A DNA stretch of 31,334 nucleotides from a virus (lineage: Duplodnaviria > Caudoviricetes). The position numbers and the translations under genes were made by a program. The stretch lies in the IMG/VR virus record IMGVR_UViG_3300010362_000071, positions 1-31,334 of that record; one strand, given 5' to 3'. A model generated the notes under the pieces. The model made no database searches. It was given only the letters and a program-made list of their open reading frames with translations, and was not told the DNA's origin. This document shows positions 26,872 through 31,334 of this stretch, in pieces; position 1 is the stretch's first letter; each line of letters opens with the position of its first letter.

Positions 26872-27570
26872 ATGGCCTGGAGCTATCTCGGCAGCACCGT
26901 GGCAGACGGTGACGTCACCTTGGAGCCACTTCCCCCGCCCGCTGGCGGCTTAGCAGGCTCCGACTGGGAGATTCTCGCCCTCTCCCTGGAGGGCCTCCAC
27001 GCTCCGGCCATAGGAGAACGCCTCGGCCTGCCCGTGGCCGCCGTGCTCCGCATCACGGGAAGCGCCGACTTCCGCGACCAGGCCGCACGCATCGAGAAGG
27101 CCCTGCGCGCGAAGATCACCCGCGCCGGGGACTACGAGCCGCTCACCGCAGCACGGGCAGAGGCGCCGAAGGCCATGGCGAGGATGATCCAGCAGAGCCG
27201 GGTGGAGCGTGATCCGAGGGTCAGGCTGGCGGCCCATCAGGCGATCCTCAAGTATGCGGGGGTCGAGCCGGCGAGAAAGCTGGAGGTCACCACCCCCGAC
27301 CGCATCCTGGAGCAGATGACCCCCGACGAGCTGGCGTTGTTTGCGGCAAAGCGGCTGTGGCCAGCCCGCTTCAGGGACACGCTCCGCGCCTTCCTGCCCC
27401 CCGCTATCGCGGATGGCTCCGGCCTTCGGCCCGCTCGCCTCCCCACAGACACGACCGTCGACATCACGCCCGAGCCAGCAACGAACGGCACCCCCATCTC
27501 CACCGCACCACCAGCCGACCTCCCCCCTGCCAGCCGCCCAGGAGCTGACTCTCCAAAGACCGGGAGTTGA
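26872..27570 (+). CDS. Putative terminase small subunit
   Basis: N-terminal HTH (APAIGERLGLPVAAVLRI), RVRLAAHQAILKYAG helix typical of TerS, upstream of TerL. Confidence 0.62.
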   Translation: MAWSYLGSTVADGDVTLEPLPPPAGGLAGSDWEILALSLEGLHAPAIGERLGLPVAAVLRITGSADFRDQAARIEKALRAKITRAGDYEPLTAARAEAPKAMARMIQQSRVERDPRVRLAAHQAILKYAGVEPARKLEVTTPDRILEQMTPDELALFAAKRLWPARFRDTLRAFLPPAIADGSGLRPARLPTDTTVDITPEPATNGTPISTAPPADLPPASRPGADSPKTGS

Positions 27571-27595
27571 CAGGCCATCTAGCAGCGAGTAAGCC
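27567..27595 (+). promoter_or_regulatory. Candidate rightward promoter for the intergenic RNA
   Basis: TTGACA-N17-TAAGCC; -10 resembles the TAAGGT/TAAGTT boxes of the early promoters but lacks the final T. Confidence 0.45.
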
Positions 27596-27601
27596 TTGCT
27601 C

Positions 27602-27771
27602 CGCCATCACCGTCTCCACCGTCGCCCGCACCGCGACGGCCCCACACGGGCATCGGGAGGTCACTGGCCGGTTTGGGAGCTTGTCCCTCCTTGTCGGCCA
27701 GGGCCTCTCAGCCCCCGGCTCGGAGCTGCCGCTTCGCGGACGGCTTGGGGCTGAAGCCCCCTCGCCTTTCT
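27602..27771 (+). ncRNA. Candidate structured small RNA with anti-RBS seed
   Basis: Non-coding terS-terL gap tiled by hairpins (27619-27639; 27657-27707; 27708-27754); loop of the central hairpin carries GCTTGTCCCTCCTTGT, antisense to early-gene leaders. Confidence 0.5.
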
Positions 27772-27787
27772 GCTATAGGCCCTGGCC

Positions 27788-28588
27788 ATGCCGAGGAGGC
27801 CAACACGGTCCCCGGGGCATCTGGTCGACACGCACACCCCGCTCCTCGCCCCTGACACCGGCGGCGACCCCTTCCGGCTCGACCTCCCCGAGTCGGAGGA
27901 GCTACAGCTCGCCGCAAAGGCTAGGCTACGTAGCTTACAAAGGGAACATTCAGAAAGCTACCGAGATAAGCCCTACCGCTTCCTGGTCGAGTGCGTCTGG
28001 ACGCTCGACCAGGCGACCCAGCAAGTGCGCCGCTTTCCCGACTACGACGACCCCTCCCCGACCTGCACGTGTCGGCCCGGGGGCTGCAAGAACTTCGTCG
28101 ACCATCTCGTCGCGAGGTGGCTCCATGAGAAGCGGTTTCTGGTTCCGAAGAGCAGACGGGTGCTGGTCAGCTGGACGATGGTGGCGCTGCACTGCTGGCT
28201 CGCCCGCTTCTTCCCCGGCACCACGGTGGCGTTTGTCAGTCGCAAGCAGGGGCTCAATGACTCTGAGGGGGCCGCCGAGCTGGTCCGGCGCGTCAAGTTC
28301 ATCGAGGAGCACCTTCCCCTCGATCTGGAGCCTCTTCCCTTCCAATACAACTTCGCAAGGCTAAAGTACCCATCTATTGGCTCAGAAATCATTGGAGTTG
28401 CACAGGGAGCTGACCAGCTCCGCCAATATACACTAACAGCTATATTTGCAGATGAGATGGCCTTCTGGGAGCTAGCCGCCGACACCTACTCGGCAAGCAT
28501 CCCCACCCTGGAAGGTGGCGGCCGCTTCACGGGCGTCTCCTCCGCCAACCCCGGCTTCTTCAAACAAGCCGTCTTCGATAGCCTCTGA
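27788..28588 (+). CDS. terL: Terminase large subunit, ATPase domain only
   Basis: PKSRRVLVSW Walker A region, LRQYT...IFADEMAF Walker B, VSSA coupling motif; stop about 12 codons after motif III with no nuclease domain. Confidence 0.85.
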   Translation: MPRRPTRSPGHLVDTHTPLLAPDTGGDPFRLDLPESEELQLAAKARLRSLQREHSESYRDKPYRFLVECVWTLDQATQQVRRFPDYDDPSPTCTCRPGGCKNFVDHLVARWLHEKRFLVPKSRRVLVSWTMVALHCWLARFFPGTTVAFVSRKQGLNDSEGAAELVRRVKFIEEHLPLDLEPLPFQYNFARLKYPSIGSEIIGVAQGADQLRQYTLTAIFADEMAFWELAADTYSASIPTLEGGGRFTGVSSANPGFFKQAVFDSL

Positions 28589-28638
28589 GGTGCTGGGAAG
28601 ATGCACCTCAGAACGGGCATAGCCCTGAAGACCTGAAG

Positions 28639-29328
28639 ATGGGCAACCGGAGCGCCACGACGGGAGTGAACCCGCTCTCCATCCTGCGCAGCGTCGTTGG
28701 CGGGCTCGTCATGGATCGGCTGCGCGACACCGTCCTGGGCGGCCAGGGGGGCGCCACGAGCACCCCGTCCGCCTCCCCCTCCGGCGCCTTCCTCGATCAG
28801 GTGAGCTACCCGACGCCACCGACACCGTATGCAGGCACCAGCCTCCTCTCCCAGCACCTGGACCCGACAACTACCTACCTTTATAACCAGCCTCCCCCCA
28901 TGGCGGCAGCGCCGACCACGACGACGACGACCCTCCCGTCCCAGCCTGCGCCCCAGGGTCAGGTGGAGCGCGCCGCCGCCGCCGAGACCCTGCTCCAGGG
29001 CTACCCGAACGTCGCCGAGCTGCGAGCGAACATCCGTGACAACTACCAGCACCTCCGCCGCCTCCTCCGAGACCCGCACGCGACCGAGAGCCCATTTGCC
29101 CGCTCGCTTGTGAGTTCGCTCATCAACCAGGGCGCCATCACGCTCACCCCGACCGACTTCGACATGGGCGACCTGCCCCGCGTGCGCGGCAAGCAGAGCG
29201 TCGCGCGCTTGATCGACCTGGTCGACCAGGTGCGCGCCGCCGGCCAACCCATCTCGCCACGTGAGATCGATGCTCTCAGGCTTCTCGGAGTCATTCCGCC
29301 ACGCGAGGTGACGAGTCGGAGGAAGTAG
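28639..29328 (+). CDS. Hypothetical protein (Pro/Thr-rich linker, helical C-terminal domain)
   Basis: GC3-rich ORF co-oriented with terL; start uncertain. Confidence 0.62.
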   Translation: MGNRSATTGVNPLSILRSVVGGLVMDRLRDTVLGGQGGATSTPSASPSGAFLDQVSYPTPPTPYAGTSLLSQHLDPTTTYLYNQPPPMAAAPTTTTTTLPSQPAPQGQVERAAAAETLLQGYPNVAELRANIRDNYQHLRRLLRDPHATESPFARSLVSSLINQGAITLTPTDFDMGDLPRVRGKQSVARLIDLVDQVRAAGQPISPREIDALRLLGVIPPREVTSRRK

Positions 29329-29415
29329 AGGAGGTCCGATGGAGAGCGACTGCTCGGGACTGCGGCAGACCTTGTCCCTCGATCGATCTCTAGCTGCCCT
29401 GCGATGGAGTGTCTG

Positions 29416-30201
29416 ATGGAGAGCGACTGGTTCCTGATCGGCCTGCTCGGGAGCATGCTCGGGGGAAGTGCGGCAGCGGGCGGCGCCGGTGCGGCCGGGG
29501 CCGCTGGCGCCGCAGGGGCAGCAGGGGCGGCCGGTGCCGGGGCGGGCCTTGCCTCGACCGCCGCCTCTGCCGCCGCCCCTGCCGCAGCCTCCGCCGCCGG
29601 TGCGGGGGGAGCCGGAGGGGCGCTCGCTGGCCCCGCCGCAGGCTCCGCTGGCGCAGCCGTCCCCGCCGCTGGCGCCTCCAGCTCTGGCGGCGGCATCCTG
29701 GGCGGCCTCTTCGGCCACGGCGCCAGCTCCGCTGCGGGAGCTGGCTCCGCCGCCGCTCCCCAGGTCCTCCAGGCCGGCACCCCCGCCGGCCAGCTGATCG
29801 AGCCCTCCACTGGCGGCCCTCCCAGTGAGGGCGTCCTCGGCGACTTGGCGAACCGCCCCGGCCCCCAGCTCGGCTCCGCCCTCCCTCCGGCGAGCCAGGC
29901 GACCGTGAACCAGCTCGGCCGCGTTGGCCTCCCCGATTTGACCCAGGGGCCGTCGGGCTCGCCCATGCTGGACCAGCTCCTCTCCGGCCAGGGCGGGGGC
30001 ATGCGTGGCGCCATCGTGAACCCGCTCCTCTCCGGTCAGAACCCGCTGACGGGTGGCGCGCTCGCAAACCCACTCTCCCAGTTCACCCAGCAGCTCTCCC
30101 CCGCCAACCGCGCCCTTCTCTCCCAGGTGCTCACGGGGCGCGGCAGGCAACGGCAGACGAGCGTGCTCGGCAACCTGGGCTCCCGCTTCTTCGGGGGCTG
30201 A
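29416..30201 (+). CDS. Gly/Ala-rich putative virion protein
   Basis: GGAG before ATG 29416; hydrophobic N-terminus followed by GAA-type low-complexity repeats. Confidence 0.62.
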   Translation: MESDWFLIGLLGSMLGGSAAAGGAGAAGAAGAAGAAGAAGAGAGLASTAASAAAPAAASAAGAGGAGGALAGPAAGSAGAAVPAAGASSSGGGILGGLFGHGASSAAGAGSAAAPQVLQAGTPAGQLIEPSTGGPPSEGVLGDLANRPGPQLGSALPPASQATVNQLGRVGLPDLTQGPSGSPMLDQLLSGQGGGMRGAIVNPLLSGQNPLTGGALANPLSQFTQQLSPANRALLSQVLTGRGRQRQTSVLGNLGSRFFGG

Positions 30202-30301
30202 TGCCCCCGAGCAGCGGGAAACGCGCGTGGCGCTGAAGCACGGAGCCTGGCTGGTAGACAGTCCTCGAATCTGCTAGGGGGCCACCCAGAGGAGGCACGG
30301 A

Positions 30302-30574
30302 ATGGCAGCCACCATCACCGCCGCAGGGACGTGGACACCGCTCAACGTCGACTTCTCTCGCACGCCGAAGACCGGCCCGAACCTGATGGTCGGCAACATG
30401 ATGCAGCTGGAGCAACTGAAGAGCCAGGACCTCCCCGAGCTGACCCAGTTCGTCCAAGCCATGGCCGACGGCTACGGCATCCCCTTCAACACCGCCAAGC
30501 AGATCTTCTACCACATCGTCGTTGCCTTCATGGGCCGTGAAACTCCGTCTGTCAGTCGCTCCTACGCGGCCTAG
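30302..30574 (+). CDS. Hypothetical protein
   Basis: GAGGAGG RBS, GC3-rich codons. Confidence 0.75.
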   Translation: MAATITAAGTWTPLNVDFSRTPKTGPNLMVGNMMQLEQLKSQDLPELTQFVQAMADGYGIPFNTAKQIFYHIVVAFMGRETPSVSRSYAA

Positions 30575-30593
30575 GAGCCGCCTCCAGTTCGCC

Positions 30594-30782
30594 ATGGCCG
30601 CCGGCAAGAAGAACTTCATCGCGGGCGCCATCAAGCGCCCTGGCCAGCTCCACCGCGACTTGGGCGTCCCCCAGGGCAAGAAGATACCCTCTAGCAAGAT
30701 AGCAGCCGCCGCCGCCAAGGGAGGCAAGGTCGGCCAACGAGCCCGCTTCGCCCAGACTCTAAGCAAGTTAAGAAAGAAGTGA
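30594..30782 (+). CDS. Small basic phage protein (AIKRPG.LH..LGVP.GKKIP family)
   Basis: MAAGKKNFIAGAIKRPGQLHRDLGVPQGKKIP...GQRARFAQTL resembles a Lys-rich family recurrent in phage head modules. Confidence 0.72.
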   Translation: MAAGKKNFIAGAIKRPGQLHRDLGVPQGKKIPSSKIAAAAAKGGKVGQRARFAQTLSKLRKK

Positions 30783-30785
30783 TCT

Positions 30786-30953
30786 ATGCCTGCTAAGAGC
30801 AAGGCGCAGCAGAAGTTCATGGGTGCCGAGCTGGCGCGCAAGCGTGCTGGCAAGTCGACCAAGACGGGCATGTCCGAGTCCGAGCTGGCGGACTTCGCCG
30901 CCACCAAGCGCACTGGGCTCCCTGCCCGCGTGAAGCAGAAGAGGAAGCGATGA
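30786..30953 (+). CDS. DUF3008-like small basic protein (55 aa, not in ORF track)
   Basis: Hand translation: MPAKSKAQQKFMGAELARKRAGKSTKTGMSESELADFAATKRTGLPARVKQKRKR. Confidence 0.78.
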   Translation: MPAKSKAQQKFMGAELARKRAGKSTKTGMSESELADFAATKRTGLPARVKQKRKR

Positions 30954-31063
30954 ACAGCTACCTGTTGACGACGATCCGAGCCACGTACTCGACCGTGGCT
31001 CCGACCGTCATCTGGGACGCCGAGCTGGCCCGCATGCTCACCAGCCAGCCGGACTGGAGCTGA
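30950..31063 (+). CDS. Small hypothetical protein (37 aa, not in ORF track)
   Basis: ATGA overlap with the upstream gene and GAGG RBS; MNSYLLTTIRATYSTVAPTVIWDAELARMLTSQPDWS. Confidence 0.45.
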   Translation: MNSYLLTTIRATYSTVAPTVIWDAELARMLTSQPDWS

Positions 31064-31067
31064 TGCC

Positions 31068-31334
31068 ATGATCCAATCGATCGAGCAGATGCCGCTCGCC
31101 CAGCGCATCCCCACCCTGGTCGAGGGCATCATGTCGGCCCGCGCCCGAAAGGAGCAGGACACCGCCGAGGAGGCCTCCTTCATGGACATGCTCGCCAAGG
31201 CCGAGGCCGAGCTGCCCCCCGACTCGGGCATCCCCCTCTCCGGCCTGATCGCCGACAATCCCTACAAGTCGGCCGCACCGACAGCGCCACCAGAGCAGGA
31301 GGGCGATGCCGTCGATCCGGCCACGGGAAAATCC
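31068..31334 (+). CDS. Hypothetical protein (3'-truncated)
   Basis: GGAG RBS, ATG 31068, open to the window end (MIQSIEQMPLAQRIPTLVEG...). Confidence 0.65.
   Translation, partial: MIQSIEQMPLAQRIPTLVEGIMSARARKEQDTAEEASFMDMLAKAEAELPPDSGIPLSGLIADNPYKSAAPTAPPEQEGDAVDPATGKS

Noticed and set aside
27464-27664. Minus-strand ORF downstream of the ACAAGGAGGGACAAGC copy
   Set aside because: Start is about 21 nt from the SD, the ORF is antisense to terS and the product has no features; kept only as an alternative to the sRNA model
28560-28700. Frameshift or readthrough restoring a full-length TerL
   Set aside because: No slippery site and no nuclease-like sequence downstream in any frame

Overview
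The whole window looks like most of the genome of a high-GC (roughly 70% by eye) tailed dsDNA phage with podovirus-type morphogenesis genes, cut inside the head module. Rightward, 1-11967: the C-terminal part of an N4-gp56-like major capsid protein, adaptor, nozzle, a short tail fibre, a GNAT protein and three internal virion/ejection proteins, one with a lytic transglycosylase domain. Leftward, 11964-23643: a DUF3987-like P-loop protein, a UDG-exonuclease-PolA fusion polymerase, a recombination module (DUF669-like SSB, Sak4-like ATPase, PD-(D/E)XK nuclease), an RHH regulator and many small early genes behind repeated sigma70-type promoters. A non-coding control/origin-like region (about 23650-24550) holds an inverted repeat, a (TAC)n tract and five direct repeats. 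Rightward, 24606-31334: a MoxR AAA+/HEXXH-VWA operon, TerS, an ATPase-only TerL and small virion-type proteins. No portal, terminase nuclease, primase, integrase, lysis gene or tRNA is visible. The most notable unexplained signals are (1) a structured ~170-nt RNA candidate between terS and terL carrying an exact antisense copy of the ribosome-binding leader shared by early genes, and (2) short TA/CTAG-rich synonymous-codon islands scattered through otherwise GC-rich genes. All family calls are by motif recognition; no database searches were run.
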